From positions 24,349-88,348 of the IMG/VR virus record IMGVR_UViG_3300037991_005043: DNA of 64,000 bases; one strand, given 5' to 3'. Shown one piece after another: positions 38,001 through 47,089 of this stretch (the first letter of the stretch is position 1; the number at the start of each line of letters is the position of its first letter). The stretch is from a virus (Duplodnaviria; Caudoviricetes). A program made the position numbers and the translations under genes. Under the pieces are notes generated by a model. It had not been told where the DNA came from, ran no database searches, and saw only the letters and a program-made list of their open reading frames with translations.

Positions 38001-38804
38001 TCATTTTAATTCACCAACTGTTTTATTTATTATATCCGACTTTTGAATTCCTAGTGTATCGAGAATCTTATTCATCTCGGCTCTAATAGCGTTAGTCGAA
38101 AAACCGCTACTCTTTGCTATTTTATTTGCGCTGATGTCAATATTATACATTAGACACGCAACTCTAATAACGGCAGGAACATAGCACCTACCTCTATTGA
38201 AATGTGTGCTACTCAATCTATTAGTAAGCATCACATTTACTTGTTTAATATTATTTAGAATATCTCTACTAGAAGTTAAACCATTACAAGTTCTTTCTAT
38301 TAAATAGTCATCACTAGGAATACATTTTAGAATTTTCATACCATAGTGATTTTTTATTTTTCTAAGCAATTTGTTTGTCTGTTTCAAGTTAATGAAGAAT
38401 TCATTACAAATTACCTTAGTAGTTACTGGGGTTCTATTTTCAAACAGAACATAAGCCACTACTGCTACAGATTTAACTTCTATACTTTCTTTAGTCATTA
38501 TTCTTTTTTGAAAGAGTTCGTGATAAACCTCACTAACACGCTCATTCAGCGAGGGAAATCCGAACTTGCCTAAATATACCCCACACATCCTTAGACCCTT
38601 TAGAATCGCTTTATTCGACTCTTTTAGGTCAGTGCTAGTAGTCTTGTTAGAATATACCCTATTGTTTGAATCTAAAGTAAAATTCGTTCTAGTTTCAAAC
38701 GGTTCAACTACTAGCACCAACCCACAATCGGAACAGACTAATTCACCTAATCTTTCATCAAAATAATTTGAATGACTCAAACACTCAAAACACTTCGTCT
38801 GCAT
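38001..38804 (-). CDS. tfb: Transcription factor B (TFB/TFIIB) homolog
   Basis: Zn ribbon 'CFEC...GELVCSDCGLVL', two cyclin-like repeats, and a C-terminal HTH. Confidence 0.85.
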   Translation of the reverse strand: MQTKCFECLSHSNYFDERLGELVCSDCGLVLVVEPFETRTNFTLDSNNRVYSNKTTSTDLKESNKAILKGLRMCGVYLGKFGFPSLNERVSEVYHELFQKRIMTKESIEVKSVAVVAYVLFENRTPVTTKVICNEFFINLKQTNKLLRKIKNHYGMKILKCIPSDDYLIERTCNGLTSSRDILNNIKQVNVMLTNRLSSTHFNRGRCYVPAVIRVACLMYNIDISANKIAKSSGFSTNAIRAEMNKILDTLGIQKSDIINKTVGELK

Positions 38805-38847
38805 GGCACTATCTAGCCATACTTGCTATAATATATTTATGGTAATA

Positions 38848-40152
38848 CTATTCCTCTTCTCCAATAGTAGAGGCAATTAGGTCATCTATTTTTGAATCTC
38901 TTTTACCCTTATTAGCATCATAAGTATTTACAACAGTATGCACCCTTGAAACCATATACTCATCATTCATAGTAGCCAATATTCTAGTCGCTATTTGGTC
39001 GCCCATTGGTGAATTGTTATTTGTATTATCTATACAGATAGCATCGGAATATCTACCATTGCCTCTATAGATTCTAGTTTGAACTGCTTGCCTTCCTGCA
39101 TCCACCGCACTTCTAATTTTATGATTAGGGGTTAATTTCCAGTCAGCCCCAATACCTCTAACCTTAATATGATGAATGTGGCTAAATCTATCATCGGGAG
39201 TGTTGTTATTATATTCTACAAATACCTTATCACTATGTTTTTCTATTATGTCCTGTAGCATCTTAGATGCCCTAGATGACACAATATCAGAAGTTCTATT
39301 CTGCATTAAATAGTGAATCATTAGTTTTTGTTCGGCACTACTAGGCATCCTTTTCATAGTTAAGAAGAATAATTTTCTAGGTGAAATCTCAGAATAACTA
39401 TTCGTTTTACCATGTCTAAATGCATTGATAAATAATTGAAGTGCTTCAAAAGACATACTACCCCAAACACCATCAGATAATTCTATGGCACATTCTCTAT
39501 CGCCTATTCTTTTTAGATTAAGCAACACTTCCCTTTCAGTAATGTCGTTTTTATTACTATCAATATAAAAGAAACTATATGGAGTTCTATTAGTTAAAGC
39601 ATATTTAATATCTACTGGTATGTCAATAGCACTTCTAATATCCTTTCTCCAAACATCAATATTATTATTGCTATAAGTGTGGTCTGCTATTTTTAGTATA
39701 ACTGTAGTTAGCATCCCGATAAAATCCTTTGGATTGTCAAAGGCTTTACCATTTATTGAATAGATAACATTACTGTTTTTTTGAGAAGAATCAAAATCAT
39801 CAAGTATTGGTTCTTTAGTTACTTTCTCCCTATAAAATTCGATTATTAATGGTAAAGAACTATCTTCCTTTACCACGCTTGCAGACACCTTGATATACAG
39901 ATTATCTTGATTATTTTTATTATTTGGTGTAGCATTTAATATTTTTCTAATCCACCTGTCAGTAGTGTTTAGCATAGAATTATACATGGGTCTAGCACTA
40001 CCATTAGCAGGTTTTACTTCATAGTTTGAGTTTGGCTCGGTTCGAGTAATGAATTGTCCTTGAACTTCTACAGTATAACTTAAATCTAAACTACCAACAG
40101 TATTTCTTGAGTCGTCAGCAGTTAATAATGTAAATTTGGTATTATGTTTCAT
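38848..40152 (-). CDS. Protein with unknown N-terminal region and C-terminal E2/UBC-like domain
   Basis: 'VQTRIYRGNGRYSDAICIDNTNNNSP' aligns with UBC '[27 protein letters not shown]'. Asn (39058-60) and Cys (39034-36) are 8 residues apart. Confidence 0.55.
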   Translation of the reverse strand: MKHNTKFTLLTADDSRNTVGSLDLSYTVEVQGQFITRTEPNSNYEVKPANGSARPMYNSMLNTTDRWIRKILNATPNNKNNQDNLYIKVSASVVKEDSSLPLIIEFYREKVTKEPILDDFDSSQKNSNVIYSINGKAFDNPKDFIGMLTTVILKIADHTYSNNNIDVWRKDIRSAIDIPVDIKYALTNRTPYSFFYIDSNKNDITEREVLLNLKRIGDRECAIELSDGVWGSMSFEALQLFINAFRHGKTNSYSEISPRKLFFLTMKRMPSSAEQKLMIHYLMQNRTSDIVSSRASKMLQDIIEKHSDKVFVEYNNNTPDDRFSHIHHIKVRGIGADWKLTPNHKIRSAVDAGRQAVQTRIYRGNGRYSDAICIDNTNNNSPMGDQIATRILATMNDEYMVSRVHTVVNTYDANKGKRDSKIDDLIASTIGEEE

Positions 40153-40157
40153 GCTAA

Positions 40158-40322
40158 TCACATCAAATATGTATTTGAAGTATCTACATTACAAGCGTCA
40201 TGCATTTCATTCTTAATCTCCTCAGCAGTTAGGAGTTGTCCTCCACATATTCTACATCGGGTCGCTATTCTCTTTTTGTAAGCCCTGTGGCTTTCAACAT
40301 ATTCGGGGTCTTTTTCTTTCAT
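40158..40322 (-). CDS. 54-aa CxxC...HxxC zinc-finger protein
   Basis: 'RCRICGGQLL...MHDAC'. Confidence 0.55.
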   Translation of the reverse strand: MKEKDPEYVESHRAYKKRIATRCRICGGQLLTAEEIKNEMHDACNVDTSNTYLM

Positions 40323-40665
40323 TTTGTGTCATCTCCATTTTACAAACAAAGCAATCGGAAGAACATTCTTTTTTGTTCTTCTTGTGATATTTACTAAATT
40401 TATCTACCTTAGTAAATAGTGAATCTAAATAAGAATCGAAGCCCATATTTACGGCTTCTTCAATATCCCAAAGACAATCTTGGAATAGGGGTTTAATTTT
40501 GCGTAGAGATAAATCCTCTACAAAATAATTGTGTAGAATATAATCTATTCTTCTACTTAGAATTTTTTTGATGTTAGGGTCATCAACCATTAGGGGTAGT
40601 AGCATTAATTTTATCCTTATGCTACTACCCCCATAATGTGAAGTGTGTAGTGCTTCACTAATCAA
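40294..40665 (-). CDS. Hypothetical protein
   Basis: Co-oriented ORF right after the Ubl. Confidence 0.5.
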   Translation of the reverse strand: MISEALHTSHYGGSSIRIKLMLLPLMVDDPNIKKILSRRIDYILHNYFVEDLSLRKIKPLFQDCLWDIEEAVNMGFDSYLDSLFTKVDKFSKYHKKNKKECSSDCFVCKMEMTQNERKRPRIC

Positions 40666-40696
40666 ACGAGATATTACAGAACTATGTAATACTTAT

Positions 40697-40903
40697 TCAG
40701 CAGTTGCCTCCTTGCAATGCAGGAATTAGTGTTACTGATTCTACACTATCCCATTCGATTTCATTTACTGTTGCTCTACTTCTCATCTCTCCATCTACAA
40801 ATATCCAGTAGTCGGAGTGCTCTTGAATTTGCTCTAAAACACCGCTTGAATCTAGCGACATTTCCGTGTGTCCTGTTTCATTCATTATTGTTACTTGTAT
40901 CAT
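40697..40903 (-). CDS. Ubiquitin-like beta-grasp protein with C-terminal GG plus 2-residue extension
   Basis: 68 aa with beta-beta-alpha-beta-beta-beta pattern, 'WIFVDGE', and ending 'SVTLIPALQGGNC*' (codons verified at 40697-40714). Confidence 0.85.
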   Translation of the reverse strand: MIQVTIMNETGHTEMSLDSSGVLEQIQEHSDYWIFVDGEMRSRATVNEIEWDSVESVTLIPALQGGNC

Positions 40904-40904
40904 C

Positions 40905-42719
40905 TTAGTTCACTTCCTGTATGTTTTGTTCTGTATTTAAACCTTCTACACTAGGTTTTAGTTTTTCTAATGCGTTAAGCACTATTTCTTGATAATTATC
41001 TTTAGGCATAAAAGAATCAATATTTATAGAATAGGAATTATATTGATACTTAGACTTCGCTAATATCTTAGCGGTTATTTCTCTTGCCGTTGTTATTAGA
41101 CGCTCATATCTTCTTTGACTATGTTGTAATCTAAACCTTGTCATGGTTGTCCTATCATTTGCTAAATCATTACCCATTTGAATATACATCTGTTTTTCTA
41201 AATCAGACATCATCTCTGTTTCTTTTCTAAGATACCTTTTCCATCTACTAAACGATACATTATTGAACCCATATTGATAATTAGATATATTATTGACTTG
41301 ACTTGTTATTCGGCAAACCATATCATTGAAAGAGCGAAGTTCTTCGGAAGGGGGTAATTCATCTAGTTTATCTCCCTTTTTTATCACTAAATCATTAGAT
41401 TGCATTTGTTCTGATAGATTTTCTACTTGAATTTGTAAGTGTTCTAAATCTGTTATAACTGGATTTAACAATCTTTTTCCAGCAATTAAGGCACTTGTAT
41501 CTTCTGAAAATATGAATGATAGATTATCATGATATACAAAATCATCATCTCTTGACTGTAATTCATCAATCACACCATAATCAGTTAATTGTTCTCTGAT
41601 TGTATCAGTCATACTCTCTAATAACTCTTTATTAGTGAAACCTGTTATTTTAGCAGTAAGAGAATTTATCTGTTTGGCTATCTCTTCTTTCCTTTCTTTA
41701 GCAATCCAAATGTCATGTTCTGCGCTGGCTCTAAATTGCATAAAATATGCACAATATTCTCTAGCAACTCCATGAATCCAATATAATTTGATAGCCTTTA
41801 CTAACAAATCCTTCTCTTCATCAATTATTTCTTGATAATCTCTTCTATGAGCAATCATTTCACTCATATCTGAAAGCAATGAAGCAGGAGGCTTTCTCTT
41901 AGCCTTCATTGCTTTATTGTTTCTATAAATGATTGATGAGAAAACTAGATAGTCATCATTGTTTAGATGAGAAGGTGTTTTCTTGAAACGCCCACCACTA
42001 GCGATTTTAATATAATCAAGCAGGTCTATATTATAGAATTTCTCAATATCGAATAAGTCCTCTAGAGTAATATCTCTATCCTCAATCATATCTCTCTCAT
42101 CAATTGATGTGAGGAGGCTTTCATCTATCTTATAATAAAAACTTTCACAATTAAATCTACTATCTATTTCAGAAAGTAGATTGACTCTATTTTGATGTTT
42201 TTGGAAATTATCACTAGCCGTAAATTCTTTGTAAGTCATATCTGCTTCTGCATTTTTTCTCCAATTATTTACATCGCTATCTTCGACATGATGCGGTTGA
42301 TAATTTTCTTCCAACATGATTCTTCTAGCAATATGATAATTTTCTATGTGGTCTGAACCCAAAACTGTAATATTACCGTTTAGTGTGTTTTCTATCTCAT
42401 AGTGATATACAATAGAATGCCCACAAATACAATGCCCCACAGGATGACCCCATTCTTCCGCCATTGCTTCTAATCTATCATTCATAGCAACATTTCTGCT
42501 TCTTCTAAAAACTCTACCTGTTGCTCTCCATTCTAATCTAGCATCATCATAATTATCTGCTTCAGAAACGGCAACAATATTAGCCATAAGTTTTCTATCC
42601 CAATGTCCTCTTGCTTCAGTAAAAGAAGTATTAGTCAATGAAAGACTATTCTCAATCTCTCTTAAAAGTTCTAATTCTTCCTCATAATTTTCATACGCCA
42701 TACATGTCATCTCCGTCAT
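40905..42719 (-). CDS. 604-aa hypothetical protein with N-terminal zinc-binding motif
   Basis: 'GHCICGHSIVYHYEIEN..NG....GSDHI'; helical remainder; ends 2 nt before the Ubl start. Confidence 0.6.
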   Translation of the reverse strand: MTEMTCMAYENYEEELELLREIENSLSLTNTSFTEARGHWDRKLMANIVAVSEADNYDDARLEWRATGRVFRRSRNVAMNDRLEAMAEEWGHPVGHCICGHSIVYHYEIENTLNGNITVLGSDHIENYHIARRIMLEENYQPHHVEDSDVNNWRKNAEADMTYKEFTASDNFQKHQNRVNLLSEIDSRFNCESFYYKIDESLLTSIDERDMIEDRDITLEDLFDIEKFYNIDLLDYIKIASGGRFKKTPSHLNNDDYLVFSSIIYRNNKAMKAKRKPPASLLSDMSEMIAHRRDYQEIIDEEKDLLVKAIKLYWIHGVAREYCAYFMQFRASAEHDIWIAKERKEEIAKQINSLTAKITGFTNKELLESMTDTIREQLTDYGVIDELQSRDDDFVYHDNLSFIFSEDTSALIAGKRLLNPVITDLEHLQIQVENLSEQMQSNDLVIKKGDKLDELPPSEELRSFNDMVCRITSQVNNISNYQYGFNNVSFSRWKRYLRKETEMMSDLEKQMYIQMGNDLANDRTTMTRFRLQHSQRRYERLITTAREITAKILAKSKYQYNSYSINIDSFMPKDNYQEIVLNALEKLKPSVEGLNTEQNIQEVN

Positions 42720-42942
42720 TTATTTCAAAGTTTCTTTGCTCCTGTAGTATTTGGTCTAGCATCTTATCAATTTGCTTAGGCATACTTTCAAAGATACCTG
42801 CTATTACCTTTCTATTAAGACTAATCCAAACTCTATAATATTGATTTAATACTAATTTAGGAACATCATCATCGCCAATCGTGATAACAATTGGGGATAT
42901 ATCGGCATCTTCTACTATTGCAAATTCTATTTGTCTATTCAT
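42691..42942 (-). CDS. Hypothetical protein
   Basis: ATGA-coupled. Confidence 0.55.
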   Translation of the reverse strand: MNRQIEFAIVEDADISPIVITIGDDDVPKLVLNQYYRVWISLNRKVIAGIFESMPKQIDKMLDQILQEQRNFEINDGDDMYGV

Positions 42943-43247
42943 TGTGTCATCTCTCCTATTACGCTTATTAATGCGAACATGTTTTCATATTCTTTACTTG
43001 TCGAATAATTATCTAATCTATCTAAGACTTCATCCGATGCTATTTCTATTACTAAACCTGCTAGTGTTTTAGCAAGTCTTTCTACGCTGGCTTTCGATAG
43101 AGAACTACTTAATCTCTTGAATAGTTGCTCTCTATATCTTTCTTCTAGAGCGCAGGTAATACAATCCTCCCTAACAAAAATTTCATGAGTCTTGTCAAAT
43201 TTTACTGTTACTCCTGCACCATTACATTCTTTACATTTATCTGTCAT
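42939..43247 (-). CDS. Zinc-finger protein (CxxCxGxG...CxxC)
   Basis: 'CKECNGAG...DCITC'; GAGGTGA RBS. Confidence 0.55.
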   Translation of the reverse strand: MTDKCKECNGAGVTVKFDKTHEIFVREDCITCALEERYREQLFKRLSSSLSKASVERLAKTLAGLVIEIASDEVLDRLDNYSTSKEYENMFALISVIGEMTQ

Positions 43248-43252
43248 TTATT

Positions 43253-43882
43253 TCACCTCTTTAGGAAAGCATACTTTTCTTCTCTTTCCTTTAGTTTATT
43301 TTTTATGTGGTCTTTACCCCACCAAATAGGGGGTTCTCTTTTCTTCCATGAAGCAAAAGACCACTTTGCTTCTAGGTAGTAGTGTCTATAAGATTCTATC
43401 ACAAAATCCCATTCAGTATCGAGGGGATATTGTTGAAAGTAATCTTCTCTATTTAATCTGTATTTATCAGCCATAGCAATAAAAACAGGCGTGGCTTGTT
43501 TCCAATCACCATCTTGAATATGAAAAACGGTATCTTTTATTCTAGACTCCGAGCCATGAACTTTACCATATCTGTAGGTATATTCATCACAAAGAGCAAT
43601 ACCATGTTCATATAACCATTTTGCATTGTGATTAGATTGCCTAGCCCAAATAGTGCTAGGGTGGTTTAACATAGCAGGCTTCATCAATTTAGAATCAATC
43701 TTACTATGGAATTCTTTCAATTGCCTTAGTGTTGGCTCAACATTATATTCTTTTAGATATAGAAAATATAATTCGTTGGTGTGCAACATTTGACAAGTTT
43801 CAGTCGGCATCTTTACGATGTGCTTATCTATCATATCTATGACAATTCTTCGTGGACTTCTATATTTTGCAAATATATTCAT
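43253..43882 (-). CDS. denV: Pyrimidine-dimer DNA glycosylase (T4 endonuclease V family)
   Basis: 'MNIF...DKHIVKM..E..QML', 'NHPSTIWAR', 'L..EYTYRYGKVH'; AGGTGA RBS. Confidence 0.8.
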   Translation of the reverse strand: MNIFAKYRSPRRIVIDMIDKHIVKMPTETCQMLHTNELYFLYLKEYNVEPTLRQLKEFHSKIDSKLMKPAMLNHPSTIWARQSNHNAKWLYEHGIALCDEYTYRYGKVHGSESRIKDTVFHIQDGDWKQATPVFIAMADKYRLNREDYFQQYPLDTEWDFVIESYRHYYLEAKWSFASWKKREPPIWWGKDHIKNKLKEREEKYAFLKR

Positions 43883-44019
43883 ATGTATCACCTATTAAAA
43901 AAAAGAAGTGGGGAAAAATGAAGGGGGAAAAGGAAGCAACCCCCCATACTTTGCTGGAAAACAACTTTTCATTCTTTACTGTATAAACCCCACTATGGCT
44001 AAAAGCCTAGAGTATTTAT

Positions 44020-44415
44020 TTATTCTTCCTCAACCTCTATTATACTTGAGTGTAGAGAAACCCTTCTAATGAGGTCTAATCCTAAATCAAATGGATGTCC
44101 TCGATAATCAACATCAGAAATATCTTCTCCGATTTCAATACATCCAAAACTATCTGAACTTACTTCTTCTAAGTTAGACATTGCTCGATTAATGTTTCTA
44201 ATGTTGGGGTATTCATCATACCACTTTCTGCCTTCAAAAACAAACTTTAGAACTTCTACATCTTTCCAAATCGCTTCTTTGATTTCTTCATTATATCCGT
44301 CATATAGAGATACTACATAAACTGAAACATTATCAGGTTCAGCCTCTCTACACGCTTCGATTAATTCTCCATTTGAGCGTTCTGTTACAATTGTTACATC
44401 ACTGCTATATCCCAT
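44020..44415 (-). CDS. Hypothetical phage protein
   Basis: Start probably MGYSSDV, after GAGGGA. Confidence 0.55.
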   Translation of the reverse strand: MGYSSDVTIVTERSNGELIEACREAEPDNVSVYVVSLYDGYNEEIKEAIWKDVEVLKFVFEGRKWYDEYPNIRNINRAMSNLEEVSSDSFGCIEIGEDISDVDYRGHPFDLGLDLIRRVSLHSSIIEVEEE

Positions 44416-44417
44416 AA

Positions 44418-44654
44418 TTAATCCCTCGTTGCTCTTTTTTGATTCCAATATTGTAGTCTAATCATAGCATCAATTAGATTGTTATAATTAAAAGAACTTT
44501 GATTCTTTGCATATTCTTCAGTTTCATATTGGTATTTTCTTTTTGCTGATGCTAATTCGGTTTCAACCTGATTTTTGGGATATGCTTCTCTTATTCTCCC
44601 GTAGGTATTAACCAAATAGTTTAATGTTAATTCTTCTGTTGTACTGTGTTTCAT
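44418..44654 (-). CDS. Hypothetical protein
   Basis: AGGTGA RBS. Confidence 0.55.
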   Translation of the reverse strand: MKHSTTEELTLNYLVNTYGRIREAYPKNQVETELASAKRKYQYETEEYAKNQSSFNYNNLIDAMIRLQYWNQKRATRD

Positions 44655-44767
44655 TTATTTCACCTTTAAATTTAGTAGGGCTTCTCACCCATTCGGACAT
44701 TTTTCTCCTATAAGTCATGCCTAACTTACTATGTCGAGGGGAATAAACAGAGAACCCTCTAGGAGTA

Positions 44768-46216
44768 TCAATTCTTTGTGGGCTTTCCTCCACAATAGAA
44801 CAAATTCTTCTTTGCTCTTGTGATAGCCACATAGATAATATTATTTTCTTCGATGCCTCCTTTTGGATGAGGCATTCTTTCAGTTGCTAGAACATATACA
44901 TTATCTGCTTCTAGCCCCTTTGCCTTGTGAACAGTAGAGAGCATAATATCTCCTTTACCATTACCGTCAAAGACTTTCTCTATCTCTTGAATAATTTCTC
45001 CAACAGTATTTGCTTTGCTAACAAAAATAGCAATACAATCTCTCTTATCTTCTAAGGCGATTGCTTTTTGCTTTCTGTCTTGTTGCATTGCCTTATCTAC
45101 TTCGTAGTTATGTTGTTGTTGATACAATCCCCAAAATTCACCAACGCCCATATGCATATCTTTTGAAATCTTCTTAACTGAATTAACTAGACCCTTTGAC
45201 ATATCTCTACCTAGAATATATGCTGATGTGCCTTCACTAATCATAGAATAGAATGCGCTTACTAGAGGTGCATTATATCTACATAGAATAATATCACCTT
45301 TCCTCGCATTATTGATAGTTGCATGTTCTACAACTTTACCATCTTTTGCATTTTCTAGAGCATGGAAATCTTTGACATATCTGTTTGCTTCTTTTACTAC
45401 ATTCTTAGGGCATCTGAAAGATACACTTAGAGGCAACTCTATAACTTCTCTAGAGTTCTTATCAAGAAGTCTTTGTCTAAACATATTCATTGAATTTGAA
45501 TCTGCACCTCTAAAACCATAGATTGCTTGATTTGGGTCGCCTACAATAATACAACGACCACCATTTACTGCTCTATCAATTAGTTCTCTTTGAGATTCAT
45601 TGAAGTCTTGAGCCTCATCTACAAAGAGAATATCATACTTTGGAATAGTTAGGTCAAGAACTAGAGGCAACCAAATCATATCATCGAAATCAATAACATG
45701 AGTTTGTTGTTTGCACATCTCCATGATTTTAGGAATTGCTCTTATTGCAATCTCTTCTTGTCTTTCATCATAGAATTGAATATCATATTCATCAATTAAT
45801 GCATAAATTCCTTGCGTGTCAAACTCGCTAGTTAGAGAACCTTTCATTAAACTGATTAGTTTCTTTAAGCCTGCATAATTGAAATCTTTGCCTAGAACAT
45901 CTTTGATGATATTTACTAATTTGTAGTTATTCATCTTAGTTTTTATTCCTGCGCTGCGTAGTGCTGCAAATCCGAAAGAATGGAATGTCTTTGCTTCTAC
46001 ATGGTTGGGCAATCTGTCTGCAAGTTCTGTAGCAATAGATTTATTGAAACATAGAAAAGCACACTTCTTATCTTCTACAAGTTTTGATGCTTCAACTATG
46101 GTTGTGGTTTTTCCTGCACCTGCACCAGCATTTATAATTAAATGCGAGTCGGTTTCACCGATTACTCGGTATATTTCTTCTTGTTGTTCTGTGGGTTTAA
46201 AACTCATTTTTTTCAC
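44768..46216 (-). CDS. uvrD: UvrD/Rep-family SF1 helicase
   Basis: 'AGAGAGKTT', 'VDEAQD', 'GDPNQAIYGFRGA', 'SFRCP', 'TVHKAKGLE', 'YVAITRAK'. Confidence 0.93.
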   Translation of the reverse strand: MKKMSFKPTEQQEEIYRVIGETDSHLIINAGAGAGKTTTIVEASKLVEDKKCAFLCFNKSIATELADRLPNHVEAKTFHSFGFAALRSAGIKTKMNNYKLVNIIKDVLGKDFNYAGLKKLISLMKGSLTSEFDTQGIYALIDEYDIQFYDERQEEIAIRAIPKIMEMCKQQTHVIDFDDMIWLPLVLDLTIPKYDILFVDEAQDFNESQRELIDRAVNGGRCIIVGDPNQAIYGFRGADSNSMNMFRQRLLDKNSREVIELPLSVSFRCPKNVVKEANRYVKDFHALENAKDGKVVEHATINNARKGDIILCRYNAPLVSAFYSMISEGTSAYILGRDMSKGLVNSVKKISKDMHMGVGEFWGLYQQQHNYEVDKAMQQDRKQKAIALEDKRDCIAIFVSKANTVGEIIQEIEKVFDGNGKGDIMLSTVHKAKGLEADNVYVLATERMPHPKGGIEENNIIYVAITRAKKNLFYCGGKPTKN

Positions 46217-46399
46217 TTCCCTTTTTGTTGTGTCCGTTGGACTATGATATATGATAATGAAACACTAGAGGGAATTGACACGCTAGTTAGGTTAGCGAAT
46301 TATTTTTGCGACTCCCCTTCAACTCAACCTCTGTGTTTCTAAGTTCGATTTAATCCTAACAAATCTTATTCACGATTTTATCAGCCTTCGTTTGCTGAA

Positions 46400-47030
46400 T
46401 GCTTTTTGTGATGAACTTCATTAGGAGAAGGGTCAATTCCGTTTATAAGGGGGGGTCGAACCGCCCGCCCCCATTTGAAATCCATATTCAATGCTTTAGA
46501 CCAAGATATAGAGTCGAGGGGGAAGTTTTTTAGTTTTTTACTTTTTTCAGTTTTTCACAGTTTTTTCGAGGGGGGGTCAAAGCGAAACCGTTGTACTGCG
46601 AGCCTGTTTTTCAGTTTTTTACTTTTTTAGTTTTATCCCTATAGAGAATAGGAGAGAGAGAGGAAGAGGGGAGGGGCAGGTATATATAGTAGTAATTAGA
46701 ATGTATCATATATATTATTAAAAAAGTAAAAAACATACTACTATCAAAGATATTATATACTAATTTCTTCATAGTATATATACCCTTCTCCCCCTTTATA
46801 TACTATCTTTTTTCGCCCCTCCGTAAAAAAGTGAAAAATCGAAAAAACATACGAGTTATGTCTTGAATAATAGGGTTTTCAGAAGGTGGGGAAAAGTTGG
46901 GGGTAGGGAAAACAACATAAAATCGCCTATAATATATATAATATAATAAGCCACTAATTCGCCCCGTTTAAAATCCCCCATTTGGGCTATATTCATTTAT
47001 AGTAATATGAGATAAGATAACAGTATTGGA
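46400..47030. other. Non-coding repeat-rich region, candidate replication origin
   Basis: 15-mer GTTTTTTACTTTTTT at 46533 and 46614 and inverted at 46720. G-strings AGGGGGGGTC at about 46449 and 46570. AT-rich core and no long ORF. Confidence 0.45.
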
Positions 47031-47089
47031 TTAGTTGCTTTGCATACTCGGCAATAGTCGAGATTGGTAAAAAAAATTTGAAAATCTAA

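Noticed and set aside
36518-40903. Thiamine or molybdopterin biosynthesis (ThiS/ThiF, MoaD/MoeB) as the role of the Ubl and E1
   Set aside because: No ThiG, MoaE or other pathway genes are in the window, and a JAB plus an E2-like partner are present. A sulfur-relay role with host enzymes is less favoured but not formally excluded.
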